A program made the position numbers and the translations under genes. A stretch of DNA of 64,000 nucleotides, taken from assembly GCA_963704165.1 (NCBI GenBank), contig CAVPHD010000001.1:128001-192000 (forward strand), read 5' to 3'. Positions 1 to 9,916 of this stretch are shown piece by piece. Within the stretch, counting starts at the first letter, position 1. Each line of letters opens with the position of its first letter. This DNA comes from an uncultured delta proteobacterium (GTDB taxonomy: Bacteria; Myxococcota_A; UBA9160; SZUA-336). The notes below the pieces were generated by a model. It ran no database searches. It saw only the letters and a list, made by a program, of their open reading frames with translations, and was not told where the DNA came from.

Positions 1-150
1 GGGTGCGCGCACGTCCGCGGCGAGCACGCGGCCGAGCGCCGCGTCGAGCGCAACCTCCTCGGCAGCGAGTCGGTCGAGCGTGAGCGCCGCGTGCCAGCGC
101 GTTTCGGCGACGTCGCGGTCGAGAACCTCGAGAAACTGCTCCTGCTTCAC
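1..150 (-). CDS. moeA: Second molybdopterin biosynthesis protein (MoeA-type), 5' part only; runs off the window edge
   Basis: Not in the ORF track. GTG at 150 overlaps the TGA of the upstream moeA (GTGA). Translation VKQEQFLEVLDRDVAETRWHAALTLDRLAAEEVALDAALGRVLAADVRAP matches the MoeA N-terminus (E-x-V-x-L-x-x-A-x-GRVLA-x-DV). Confidence 0.8.
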   Translation of the reverse strand, partial: MKQEQFLEVLDRDVAETRWHAALTLDRLAAEEVALDAALGRVLAADVRAP

Positions 151-1403
151 GACGTCCTCTCGTCGGCGCGCGATTCCTCGTCGTAGAGCAGCACCTCGAC
201 CTCGGCGCCCTCGGGCATGCCCTCGAGACCGCGCGGCACGATCACGGCGCCGTCGGCGCGAACCGTCGAAGACAGGATCGAAGCGCCCGCCGTCGCGACC
301 GGCACCACGCGCCCGCCGTCGAAGGCGACGCGCACGTAGTCGGTGCGGCCGACTTCGGAGCTGATCTTGCGCGCGAGCAAGGCCCGCACGCGCCGATGCG
401 GCCAGACGCGGGACCGCCCCCCGAGCGCGCGGATCGTCGGCCCCGCGAAGAACTCGTACGCGCACAGACAGCTGACCGGGTTGCCTGGCAAGAGGAAGAC
501 GAGCGCGTCGCCGATCCGGCCACCGCCCGCGGGGCTCGACGGCCGCATCGATACGCCGTGGAAGAGCAGCTCGCCGTGCGCGGCCAGGAGCCGCGGCGCG
601 TGGTCTTCGGCGCCGACGCTCGAGCCGCCCGAGACCAGCACGACGTCGGCGTCTCCCGACGTGAGCACTTCGGAGATTCGCTCGGGCTGATCCGGGATCA
701 GCTCGAACGGGAGCAGCGCGCCACCGTCGCGCGCGACCAGCGCGCGGAGCACGACGGAGTTCGAATCGACGATTCTGACGCCGTCCGGTGTAGATCCGGG
801 AGCCAGAAGCTCGTCACCCGTGACGACGAGCCGCACGCGTGGCCTTCGCACGCAGAGAACCGATCCGGTGCCGATCGAGGCGAGCAGGCCCGCATCCTGC
901 GGACGGATCCGGCGCCCCGCGTGCAGGACGACCTCGCCCGCGCGGATGTCTTCGCCGACGGCGCCGACGTGCTTGCGCGGAGCGACCGCTTCGTGGACTC
1001 GGACGAGCGCGCCGCGCTCCTCGCAGACCTCGGCCTTCGCCACCGCGTCCGCACCGTCGGGGATCGGCGCGCCGGTCATGATGCGCACCGCCTCGGCCGT
1101 ACCCACGCGTCCGCCGAACGCCCGGCCGGGATAGGCCTCGCCGACCAGCTTGAACTCGAGCGTCGCGTATTCGGATGCGCCGAACGTGTCTTCACCGCGA
1201 AGCGCGTAGCCGTCCATCGCCGAGCGCGCGAAGCCCGGCACGTTCACGCGCGATGCGACTTCCTGGGCGAGCACGCGTCCGGCGCACTCGAGCAGCGGCA
1301 CCGGTTCCTCGCCGAGGCTCGTGCAGGTGGACACGAGCAGGTGATCGACCTGCTCGACGTCCATCCGCTCCGCGAAGCCCCGCATCCGGACGTCGCGACT
1401 CAT
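147..1403 (-). CDS. moeA: Molybdopterin molybdotransferase MoeA (gephyrin-like)
   Basis: Motifs GRVLA, RSAMDGYA, IMTGAPIP, TGDEL, SGGSSVG, LPGNPVS. Confidence 0.95.
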   Translation of the reverse strand: MSRDVRMRGFAERMDVEQVDHLLVSTCTSLGEEPVPLLECAGRVLAQEVASRVNVPGFARSAMDGYALRGEDTFGASEYATLEFKLVGEAYPGRAFGGRVGTAEAVRIMTGAPIPDGADAVAKAEVCEERGALVRVHEAVAPRKHVGAVGEDIRAGEVVLHAGRRIRPQDAGLLASIGTGSVLCVRRPRVRLVVTGDELLAPGSTPDGVRIVDSNSVVLRALVARDGGALLPFELIPDQPERISEVLTSGDADVVLVSGGSSVGAEDHAPRLLAAHGELLFHGVSMRPSSPAGGGRIGDALVFLLPGNPVSCLCAYEFFAGPTIRALGGRSRVWPHRRVRALLARKISSEVGRTDYVRVAFDGGRVVPVATAGASILSSTVRADGAVIVPRGLEGMPEGAEVEVLLYDEESRADERTS

Positions 1404-1434
1404 CGCGGTACCCGGGCTGCAGCCGGATCGGTCG

Positions 1435-3156
1435 TCAGCCAGCCGCCTTGGTCGTGAAGAGATTCTCTCGCGCCGGCTTGCGTACCTTGGCGTCGGCGAT
1501 GACCGCGGCGGGAACGTCGAAGACGACCTTCGCCGGACCGATCGCGTCCTCCTTCATGCACGCCGGGAGCACGTCGTCGGCAGCCGTGAACCCGGCGCGG
1601 CGATTGAACTCCCACTCGTCCTCGAGAATCTGCCAGCCCTGATCGGCGATCTCCTCACGCGAAACGTCGCGCCCGACGAAGTGGCCGTAGTACCCACGGA
1701 TGTCGTCGAGCGTCGGCTGGATGAACTGGCAGAAGCCCGATGAATCGCAGACCGCGTTCACGAGCTGAACTTCCTGAGAGGCGACGGCGAACTGGTCGGG
1801 CGGAAGGCCCGGGTTCACGATCAGGCCCGCGGTGTGATCCGCGCCCTGGGCGCTCGTCGCGTACGTGACTCCGGTGGCCTTGAGTGGCCGCGGATCCCAA
1901 GCGGGAATCGCCTGGTTTCGAACCACCGGAACGCGGTGGTGCCCCGTGTGCTTGCCGGTCGCGGCGCAGCCGTTGCCGATCACCTTGCCGAGCTCGGTGC
2001 CCTTGCCGACGTCGGCGACGAGCTTCTTCATCGCGGCGGCGTCGCCCCAGTTCATCTTGCCCGCGTCCATCAGCACGCCGATCGCGGCGCCGGTCTCGAT
2101 CGTGTCGAGTCCGACCTCGTCGCAGAGGCGATCGAGATCCGCGACGTCTTCCCAGCTCGTGACCGCACAGTTCGCGCCGAGCAGCGTCAGCGTTTCGAAC
2201 TCGAGCGCGCTCGTCTTGTACTTGCCCTCGGCGTCGTGAACGATGTTCGAGCAGCGCACGATGCAGCCCGTGAGGCAGTTGTGCATGCCGCCGCCGCGCT
2301 TGTCGAAGCTCTCGACGATCCGAGCACCGTCGAGGTTCGCCGCGTCGGGCGACTGCCCGAAGACGCGGTTCTTGTACGGGAACGTCTGCAGCATGTTCGC
2401 GATCGGCACGATCGACGACGTGCCGGTCTTGAACATCTGCGGACCGTCGAGGTACGCCTTCGTGTACTTCTTCGCGAGCTCGTTGAAATCGGACTTGTTC
2501 TTGGGCTCGCGCACGCGCGCCTTGCCGCGCTCGATCGCGACGAACTTCAGGCGCTTCGAACCCATCACCGCGCCCACGCCGCCGCGCGCCGCCTGACGCG
2601 CGGGGTGTCGGCTGTCCTGGTCGGTGCACGCGACGGACGCGCCGGTCAGGAGCTGCTCGCCCGCGGGACCGATCGTGATGAACGAGGCGTTCTTCGTGTA
2701 CTTCTTCGCGAGCTCCTCGCAGGTCGCGTAGTTCCACTTCATCTTGAGGTGGTCGGCCGGAACGATTCGCACGCCCGCGTCGTCGCACTCGAGACCGTAG
2801 AGCGCCGCCTTGTCCTTCGGCTGTCCCTTCACGACGATCGCGCGGATCCCGAGCTTGGCGAGATCCTGTCCGGGATTTCCGCCCGAATTCGCTTCCTTGA
2901 TGCCACCGGTCAGCGGGCTCTTGCAGCCGACGCTGATCCGTCCGGAGGTCGGCGCGGACGTTCCAGAGAGCACGCCGGGCGCGAGCACGAGCAGGTTCTC
3001 GGGACCGAGCGCGTCGCACTTCGCGTTCTTCAGATCGCGCAGGAGGATCTTCGCCGTGAGCCCGCGGCCTCCGAGCAGCTCCCATTCCTTGGGCAGGTTC
3101 TCGCTCGACACTTTCATGCTGCCCATGTCGACGTGAACGATCTTGTCGCCTTCCAT
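1435..3156 (-). CDS. aor: Aldehyde:ferredoxin oxidoreductase family protein (tungstopterin, 4Fe-4S)
   Basis: LGGRGL, KSPLTGGIKEANSGG, AARGGVGAVMGSKRLK, C-x3-C-x3-C (HNCLTGCIVRC), DEVGLDTI and DSSGFC motifs. Confidence 0.92.
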   Translation of the reverse strand: MEGDKIVHVDMGSMKVSSENLPKEWELLGGRGLTAKILLRDLKNAKCDALGPENLLVLAPGVLSGTSAPTSGRISVGCKSPLTGGIKEANSGGNPGQDLAKLGIRAIVVKGQPKDKAALYGLECDDAGVRIVPADHLKMKWNYATCEELAKKYTKNASFITIGPAGEQLLTGASVACTDQDSRHPARQAARGGVGAVMGSKRLKFVAIERGKARVREPKNKSDFNELAKKYTKAYLDGPQMFKTGTSSIVPIANMLQTFPYKNRVFGQSPDAANLDGARIVESFDKRGGGMHNCLTGCIVRCSNIVHDAEGKYKTSALEFETLTLLGANCAVTSWEDVADLDRLCDEVGLDTIETGAAIGVLMDAGKMNWGDAAAMKKLVADVGKGTELGKVIGNGCAATGKHTGHHRVPVVRNQAIPAWDPRPLKATGVTYATSAQGADHTAGLIVNPGLPPDQFAVASQEVQLVNAVCDSSGFCQFIQPTLDDIRGYYGHFVGRDVSREEIADQGWQILEDEWEFNRRAGFTAADDVLPACMKEDAIGPAKVVFDVPAAVIADAKVRKPARENLFTTKAAG

Positions 3157-3205
3157 CGCGCAGTCCTCCTAGAAGTCCAGGCAGCTTACCACCGCGCTTG
3201 CGGGT

Positions 3206-3475
3206 TCAGCCACCGGCGATCGCGGCGACGATCTCGAGTTCGTCGCCGGCGCCGATCGTCCGGTCGAGCCGATCCGCGCCCATCGGCTCTCCGTTCACGA
3301 AGAGCTTCGCGAACTTGTGCAGCTTGCCCTGCGCGTCGAGCACCAGCGGCCCGAAGCCCGGGTACTTCCGCTCGACGGCCTCGATCGCGCCGCGCACCGT
3401 CTCGCACTCGACCACGAGCTCGGCTTCGCCCTGCGTCGGGCCTCGGTAGGGCGCTGGGATCAGGACTCTTGGCAT
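3206..3475 (-). CDS. moaD: MoaD/ThiS family sulfur carrier
   Basis: 89 aa beta-grasp-like protein ending AIAGG; first gene of the aor-moeA operon. Confidence 0.9.
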   Translation of the reverse strand: MPRVLIPAPYRGPTQGEAELVVECETVRGAIEAVERKYPGFGPLVLDAQGKLHKFAKLFVNGEPMGADRLDRTIGAGDELEIVAAIAGG

Positions 3476-3593
3476 CGGGGACTCCCCACGATCTGCGACG
3501 TGAGCTGTCAGTCTAGCAAGGCGGCCTGTAGCGGAGTTGGCCGCGCAGAATCGCGCTCGAACTTCCTATCCTCTGGGTGGATCGAGGGAGTGA

Positions 3594-5438
3594 ATGGTCG
3601 TGAGCGTCTTCGCGCGTGATCGCCTGCTGATCGTCCTCGCGCTCGTCGTGCTGACGAGCGGCGTGTACGCCGAGGTGGGCGGCTTTGGCTTCCTCAGCCT
3701 CGATGACGGGAGGTACGTCGCAGGCAATGGTCCCGTCCTCGATGGACTCAGCCTCGAGGGCCTGAAATGGGCGATGACCACCGACTTCACGAGCAACTGG
3801 CATCCGCTCACCTGGATCTCGCTGATGCTCGACGTCGAGCTCTTCGGTGCCGACCCCGGGGCGATTCACCTGGTGAACCTCGTCCTGCATGGGATCAACA
3901 CCGTTCTCGTCTTCCTGATCTTCGCCCGCCTCACGGACTCGACCTGGCGCAGCGCGTTCCTGGCCGGGCTATTCGGGCTGCATCCGCTGCACGTCGAGTC
4001 GGTGGCCTGGATCTCGGAGCGCAAGGACGTGCTCAGCGCGTTCTTCTGGCTCTCGGCGACGGCCGCGTACGCGCGCTACGCGCGTCGTGGCTCCCGGACC
4101 GCTTACCTCGGCGCGGGCCTGCTCTTCGCGCTGGGGCTCTGCGCCAAGCCGATGGTCGTGACCTGGCCCTTCGCCATGCTGCTCTTCGACGTCTGGCCGC
4201 TCCGCCGCGTGGAGCTGACGCGCCTGCTCGAACAGAAGCAGGTCGGTCGCCTGCTGCTCGAGAAGCTTCCGTTCGTCGCGCTGTCGATCGCGTCCGCGTG
4301 GATCACCGCATCGCGGGGCGCCTTCTACGGCGACTTCACGCTCGGTCAGCGCGTGGGCAACGCCGTCGTGTCGTACGCCCGCTACCTGGGCAAGAGCGTC
4401 TGGCCGAGCGACCTGGCCATCCTCTACCCCCATCCGGGGAGCTGGCCGGCCTGGCAGGTGAGCGCGTCGGCGGTGCTGCTCCTCGCGATCACCGCGCTGG
4501 TGCTGCGCGCCCGCCGACGGCCGTACCTGCTCGTGGGTTGGCTGCTCTTCGGCGGATCGCTCGTCCCTACGATCGGACTCGTTCAGGTCGGATATCAGGC
4601 CATGGCGGATCGCTACATGTACCTGCCCTTGCTGGGACTCGGCATCGCCGTCATCTGGGGCGCCGCGGATCCATTCGGCGATCGCCGTCCGACACGCGTC
4701 GCGCTCGCCGTGGCGGGCTGCGTCGCGCTCGCCGCTTTCGGGATCACATCGAAGCGCTACGTGGGCGCGTGGCGCGACAGCGATGCGATCTTCACGCACG
4801 CGCTGGCATCGACGCGCGACAACTGGGTCGTGCACTCCTTTCACGGCGAGAATCAGATCGGCGTCGGGAAGTTCGCAGAAGCCATCGTCCATCTGAACGA
4901 GACGGTTCGGGTGCGGCCGGGGTTGTCGCGTCCGCACTTCCTGATCGGGATCGCCCACCGCCAGCTCGGAGAATCCCGCTCCGCACTCTCGGCCTTCGCC
5001 AGGGCGGTCGAAGTACAGCCATCGAGTTGGCAGGGCTGGCTCGAGCTGGCGAAGACCGCACAGCTTCTGGGTGAAGACGCCACCGCGCGCGATGCCTACC
5101 GGCGCGTCATCGCCCTCGAACCCGATCAGGTCGAAGCATCTCGACGCCTCGGCTGGATGCTGGCGCTCGACCCGAATCCGCGGCCGGGCGACGGCAACGA
5201 GGCGGTGGCGCTGTTCCGGCGAGCGCTCGCGGCATCGCCCGGCGGGACGACGGAGGATCTCGACGGCCTCGGCGCCGCGCTCGCACAGGCGGGAAGCTTC
5301 GACGAGGCCGCGACATCAGCCCGTCGCGCCGCGGCCCTGGCGCGACGCGACGGACTGACCGCGCTGGCGACACAGATCGAGCGTCGCGCGCACACCTACG
5401 AGCGACACGAGCCCGCGAGGCGCGACCCGGACCGCTGA
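3594..5438 (+). CDS. TMTC-like GT-C membrane glycosyltransferase with C-terminal TPR repeats
   Basis: LDDGRYV (DD motif), WHPLTWIS, HPLHVESVAWISERKDVL, ADRYMYLP, many TM helices, then TPR-like helices. Confidence 0.85.
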   Translation: MVVSVFARDRLLIVLALVVLTSGVYAEVGGFGFLSLDDGRYVAGNGPVLDGLSLEGLKWAMTTDFTSNWHPLTWISLMLDVELFGADPGAIHLVNLVLHGINTVLVFLIFARLTDSTWRSAFLAGLFGLHPLHVESVAWISERKDVLSAFFWLSATAAYARYARRGSRTAYLGAGLLFALGLCAKPMVVTWPFAMLLFDVWPLRRVELTRLLEQKQVGRLLLEKLPFVALSIASAWITASRGAFYGDFTLGQRVGNAVVSYARYLGKSVWPSDLAILYPHPGSWPAWQVSASAVLLLAITALVLRARRRPYLLVGWLLFGGSLVPTIGLVQVGYQAMADRYMYLPLLGLGIAVIWGAADPFGDRRPTRVALAVAGCVALAAFGITSKRYVGAWRDSDAIFTHALASTRDNWVVHSFHGENQIGVGKFAEAIVHLNETVRVRPGLSRPHFLIGIAHRQLGESRSALSAFARAVEVQPSSWQGWLELAKTAQLLGEDATARDAYRRVIALEPDQVEASRRLGWMLALDPNPRPGDGNEAVALFRRALAASPGGTTEDLDGLGAALAQAGSFDEAATSARRAAALARRDGLTALATQIERRAHTYERHEPARRDPDR

Positions 5439-5479
5439 ACTCGAGCGCAGCGCGTGAGCGCATCCGCGCCGCCGTGAAA

Positions 5480-6247
5480 TCAGAACGCGAAGACGCGGAA
5501 CTCGTGCGTGCCGCGGAAGCCGAGCGACGCGAAGAGCGTGCCCGCGGCCTGTTCGCCTTCCTTGAGATGAAGCACCACACGGCGCTCCGCGCTCTCGAGC
5601 GCGCGCACGGTCTCGGCGGCGAGCGCGCGCGCGTAGCCCTGACGGCGGCAGTCCTCGCGCGTCTCGAGGTGCGCGAGCAACGCGACTCGCTCGGTGGTGA
5701 AGCGCGTGCCGGCCACGGCCGCGAGCTCGCCGAACCCGTCGCGGATCCCGAAGAACGGGCCGAGCTCGAGCTCGAGCCGCGCGAAGCTCGTGCCGCAGAA
5801 TCGGGTGATCTCCTCCGCGTCCGTGAGTCGTTCGACGCGCCCGTCCGGTGGCGGGAGAGGCACCGCGGAGCAGAGGCGCACCATCTGCCGCTCGGTGCGA
5901 ATCTCCCGACCGCCCGCGCGAACGGCCTCGGCGCCGATCCGCACGGGAACCGGGCACACGAACGTCGGCGCGATGCGGCGCACCAGCGTTTCGGCGACGC
6001 CCGGAAGAGCCCCGTCCACCGCCGTCAGTCGGAACGGAAAGAGCCCATCCATCACGCCCGCCAGGCCGACCACGCGGTCTCCGTGCAGCGCGACGATGAA
6101 CTCCGCACGCGAGAGCAGGCGGGGAATCTCGAGCGCGGCATGCAGCCAGATCCGCTCGAGCAGCGTCGCCCGCGCAAAGGCGCGCGCGGACTCGAGCGCG
6201 GCCGCCTCACCTTCCTTCAGTGGCCGATAGGTGTACTGAGTTGCCAC
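5480..6247 (-). CDS. GNAT family N-acetyltransferase (C-terminal GNAT domain)
   Basis: ETREDCRRQGYARAL acetyl-CoA motif and LFASLGF. Confidence 0.75.
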   Translation of the reverse strand: MATQYTYRPLKEGEAAALESARAFARATLLERIWLHAALEIPRLLSRAEFIVALHGDRVVGLAGVMDGLFPFRLTAVDGALPGVAETLVRRIAPTFVCPVPVRIGAEAVRAGGREIRTERQMVRLCSAVPLPPPDGRVERLTDAEEITRFCGTSFARLELELGPFFGIRDGFGELAAVAGTRFTTERVALLAHLETREDCRRQGYARALAAETVRALESAERRVVLHLKEGEQAAGTLFASLGFRGTHEFRVFAF

Positions 6248-6305
6248 TCGCGGCGATCCTAGCTCATCCCGGTCCGGGGCCGGTCTCTCGCGCGCGCGGC
6301 CCGAC

Positions 6306-7076
6306 TCAGCCCTTCGGCGGCATGCGGATCGCGCCGTCGAGGCGGATCACCTCGCCGTTCAGCATCCCGTTCTCGATGATCGAGCGCGCGAGGTGCGCGT
6401 ATTCGGTCGGCCGGCCGAGACGGCGGGGGAACGGGATGTTGGCCGCGAGCGCCTGGCGCGCGGGCTCCGGCAGTCCGGCGAGCAGCGGCGTGTCGAAGAG
6501 ACCCGGCGCGATCGTCACGATCCGGATCCCGAGCGAGGCGAGGTCGCGCGCGATCGGGAGCGTCATTCCGACCACCGCACCCTTCGACGCGGCGTAAGCG
6601 GCCTGCCCGATCTGCCCGTCGTAGGCGGCGACCGAGGCGGTGTTCACGATCACCCCGCGCTCGCCGTCGGCGTCGGGAGCGTTCTTGCTCATCCGGTCCG
6701 CCTCGAAGCGGATCGCGTTGAAGGTGCCCACCACGTTCACCTCGAGCACCTTCACGAAAGGCTCGATCGGGTGCGGCCCCTCCTTGGTGACGGTGCGCTG
6801 CGCCCAGCCGATGCCCGCGCAGTTGACCGCCATGCGGATGCCGCCGAGCTCGGCGACCGCGCGATCGATCGCGGCCTGGACTTCGTCGGCCTTCGTCACG
6901 TCGCAGGGACAGAAAATCGTGCCGCGGCCCAGCTCGGCCGCGACCTTCTCGCCGGCCGAGCGCGGTAGATCGAGGATCGCGACGCGCGCGCCGGCAGCGA
7001 TCAGCTCTCGAACCGTGGCGCCACCGAGGCCCGATGCGCCGCCGGTGACGACCGCGCCCATACCTTGAATCTGCAT
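6306..7076 (-). CDS. SDR family 3-hydroxyacyl-CoA dehydrogenase (HSD17B10-like)
   Basis: [48 protein letters not shown]. Confidence 0.93.
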   Translation of the reverse strand: MQIQGMGAVVTGGASGLGGATVRELIAAGARVAILDLPRSAGEKVAAELGRGTIFCPCDVTKADEVQAAIDRAVAELGGIRMAVNCAGIGWAQRTVTKEGPHPIEPFVKVLEVNVVGTFNAIRFEADRMSKNAPDADGERGVIVNTASVAAYDGQIGQAAYAASKGAVVGMTLPIARDLASLGIRIVTIAPGLFDTPLLAGLPEPARQALAANIPFPRRLGRPTEYAHLARSIIENGMLNGEVIRLDGAIRMPPKG

Positions 7077-7080
7077 CGCG

Positions 7081-8982
7081 CTAGGACTCCGGCTCGAGGT
7101 ACGTGTAGCCGCTCATTCCCTGCTCGAAGCGGCGGCGCAGCAGGCCGGACTCCTCGAGCGTGAGCCGGCCTTCGCGCATCGCCTTCTCGGCCGCCATCCG
7201 CACCGACTCCGCGAGCGCACGACGATCGTATCCGAGGTACTGCACGACCTGCTCGACCGAGTCGCCCTGCACCACCTGCTCGACCGTGTAACCGCCGTCC
7301 TCGTAGATCTTCACGTGAACCGCGTCGGTGTCGCCGAACAAGTTGTGCATCTCGCCGAGCGTCTCCTGGTACGCACCGACGAGGAACACGCCCAGGTAGT
7401 ACGGCCGGCCGTTCGGGGCGTGGAGCTCGAGGACGTTCTTGACGTCGCGAAGATCGATGAACTCGTTCACCTTGCCGTCGGAGTCACACGTGAGGTCCGC
7501 GAAGGTGCCGCGCCGGACCGGCGCCTCGTCGAGCCGGTGGATCGGGACCACCGGGAAGAGCTGCTTCATCGCCCACGAGTCGGGCAGGGACTGGAAGACC
7601 GAGAAGTTCCCGTAGTACTTGTCGGCGAGCTGGCGCTCGAGCCGCTGGAGGTCGTCGGGCACGTAGGTCATCTCGCGCACGATCCGCAGGATCTTCTCGC
7701 AGCAGGCCCAGAACAGCTCCTCCATCCGGGCCCGCGTCTGCAGGTCGAGGTAGCCGAGCGCAAATGCGGTGGTCGCCTCTTCCTTGAGCTGCAGCACGTC
7801 GTTGTAGGACTCCTGCACGTTGCGCGCGGAGATCGAGCCCCAGACCTCGAAGAGCTGCTGGATGACCTTCGGGTCCTCCGCGGCCGGCTGAGCGGGCTGC
7901 GAGCTCGTACGCACGCCGTCCACGGAGAGCACGTCGAAGATCAGCACCGACGCGTGCGAGACCAGCGCGCGGCCGGCCTCGGTGACGATGTCGGGATGCG
8001 GCACGCCCTTCTCGTCGCAGATGTCGCGAATGGCGCTCACGACGTCGTAGGCGTATTCCTGCGTCGTGTAGTTCATCGACGAGTGGAAATTCGTCTGCGA
8101 GCCGTCGTAGTCGACGCCGAGTCCCCCACCGACGTCGAGCAGGCCCATCGGCGCGCCGAGCGAGTGCAGCTCGGTGTAGACGTGCGAAGCCTCGCGAAAG
8201 GCGTCCTTGTGCGCCCGGATCGCCGTCACCTGCGAGCCGCTGTGAAAGTGGAGCATCTCGAGGCAGTCGAGCATGTCGTCGTGCCGCAGTCGGTTCACGA
8301 CGCCCATCAGCTCTTCCGCCGAGAGCCCGAACTTCGAGCGGTCGCCGGACGACTCCGCCCACTTGCCCGCGCCCTTGCTCGCCAGCCGCGCACGCACCCC
8401 GATGTGAGGACGGATGCCGAGCTCCCGGCTGACCTTGATCAGCGTGTCGAGCTCGTTCGGCCGGTCGATCACGATCACGACGTAGCGTCCGAGCCGCTGC
8501 GCGAGGAGCGCCAGCTCCATGTAGGCGCGGTCCTTGTACCCGTTGCAGATGATCAGCGCGTCGGGCGTGTCGAGCGTCGCCAGACCGACGAGAAGCTCCG
8601 GCTTCGAGCCGACTTCGAGCCCCAGTTGATGGGGGCGCCCGAAGTTCACCAGCTCCTCCACCACCTGGCGCTGCTGGTTGACCTTGATCGGGTAGACGCC
8701 GCGGTAGCGGCCCTTGTAGTCGTATTCGCCGATCGCGCGCGAGAAGCAGCCGGAGATGTGCCGGACGCGGCTCGCGAGGATGTCGGAAAATCGGATCACG
8801 AGCGGCGTCCGCAGACCGCGACCGCGCAGCTCGGCGACGAGTGCGGGCAGGTTCACGTTGGCGGTGCCGGGGCCGTTCGGGTGGACGAGCACGTCCCCCG
8901 TCGGACTCACGGAGAAGTACTCACCGCCCCAATACGGGATGCCGTAGAGCTCAGCAGCTTCGCGGACCGTCCAAGCGCGCAT
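7081..8982 (-). CDS. speA: Biosynthetic arginine decarboxylase
   Basis: YPIKVNQ (PLP lysine), [36 protein letters not shown]. Start moved to the ATG at 8982 behind a GAGGAG RBS. Confidence 0.95.
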   Translation of the reverse strand: MRAWTVREAAELYGIPYWGGEYFSVSPTGDVLVHPNGPGTANVNLPALVAELRGRGLRTPLVIRFSDILASRVRHISGCFSRAIGEYDYKGRYRGVYPIKVNQQRQVVEELVNFGRPHQLGLEVGSKPELLVGLATLDTPDALIICNGYKDRAYMELALLAQRLGRYVVIVIDRPNELDTLIKVSRELGIRPHIGVRARLASKGAGKWAESSGDRSKFGLSAEELMGVVNRLRHDDMLDCLEMLHFHSGSQVTAIRAHKDAFREASHVYTELHSLGAPMGLLDVGGGLGVDYDGSQTNFHSSMNYTTQEYAYDVVSAIRDICDEKGVPHPDIVTEAGRALVSHASVLIFDVLSVDGVRTSSQPAQPAAEDPKVIQQLFEVWGSISARNVQESYNDVLQLKEEATTAFALGYLDLQTRARMEELFWACCEKILRIVREMTYVPDDLQRLERQLADKYYGNFSVFQSLPDSWAMKQLFPVVPIHRLDEAPVRRGTFADLTCDSDGKVNEFIDLRDVKNVLELHAPNGRPYYLGVFLVGAYQETLGEMHNLFGDTDAVHVKIYEDGGYTVEQVVQGDSVEQVVQYLGYDRRALAESVRMAAEKAMREGRLTLEESGLLRRRFEQGMSGYTYLEPES

Positions 8983-9078
8983 CGACCACTCCTCGGCAGG
9001 CAACCAGCGCGGCGCTCGCCTCCACAGGCGGCGAGTCGCGGCGCATGTTAACGCCACTGGAACTACAGGTCGAGCGAT

Positions 9079-9099
9079 TGACCGAAAAACTTTCGGTCA
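9079..9099. promoter_or_regulatory. Perfect 9-bp inverted repeat TGACCGAAA-aac-TTTCGGTCA upstream of speA (candidate operator or hairpin)
   Basis: Dyad read directly. It overlaps the HAD gene stop; a minus-strand TAACAT hexamer lies at 9045-9050. Confidence 0.45.
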
Positions 9100-9855
9100 T
9101 TCGAGCGCGAGCGGCAGCACTTCGGAGAGGCGCGTGATCTGGTGGTGGGGCGACGCGGCCGTTCCGACACCGCTTCCGGGCGGCGGAGAGCCCTCTTCGC
9201 GAAAGAGAACCGTCGTCATTCCGAGCGCGCGCGCGCCGACGATGTCCTGCTCCGGCGAGTCGCCCACGAAGAGCACGTGCTCGGGCCGGCAGTCCGCTTT
9301 CGCGCACGCGTAGCGGTAGATGCCCGCGTCCGGCTTGCACGAGCGAGCCTCCTCCGAGCTCGTCCAGTGGTGGAGCACGTCCGCGAGTCCGGCGCGCTCG
9401 ATCATCGGATGCAGGTAGTCGTCGTCGATGTTCGAGACGACGGCGACCCGAAGACCCGATTCGCGAAGCTCCTCGAGCGTGGCCACACAGTCCTCGCGAA
9501 GGCTGAACTGCTCGGTCACGATCCCGCGCTGGCTGTCGATCAGCCAGTCGACCCAGTCGGCGGGCGGCTCCGCGCCGAGGCCGCGCGCGAAGCGCTGCCA
9601 GGTGTCCGCGAAGAGCTCGCGGTGCAGGTAGTAGGGCCGCTCCTGCAAGGCGAGGTAGGCGTCGCGCGTGGCGTCGCGGTAGGCCGAACCGATTCGCGCG
9701 GGCTCGACCTCGAGGCCGAGTCGGCCGACCGCGTCGTCGATCAAGCGGACCGTGCCACCGCCGACCTGGCGGTAGCTGAAGAGCGTCCCGCCGAAGTCGA
9801 AGAACACGGCGGCGACGCGACGTTTGCGCGCGGGCTTCGCCGCTCCTGTCGTCAC
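9097..9855 (-). CDS. HAD family hydrolase
   Basis: FFDFGGTL, VVSN, KPD and FVGDSPEQD motifs; probable GTG start at 9855. Confidence 0.88.
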   Translation of the reverse strand: MTTGAAKPARKRRVAAVFFDFGGTLFSYRQVGGGTVRLIDDAVGRLGLEVEPARIGSAYRDATRDAYLALQERPYYLHRELFADTWQRFARGLGAEPPADWVDWLIDSQRGIVTEQFSLREDCVATLEELRESGLRVAVVSNIDDDYLHPMIERAGLADVLHHWTSSEEARSCKPDAGIYRYACAKADCRPEHVLFVGDSPEQDIVGARALGMTTVLFREEGSPPPGSGVGTAASPHHQITRLSEVLPLALE

Positions 9856-9916
9856 GCGTCCGAGGCTATTCAGCCGATGCCGTCGTGTCAAAACCCGCTG
9901 CGGTAGAATCGCGACC

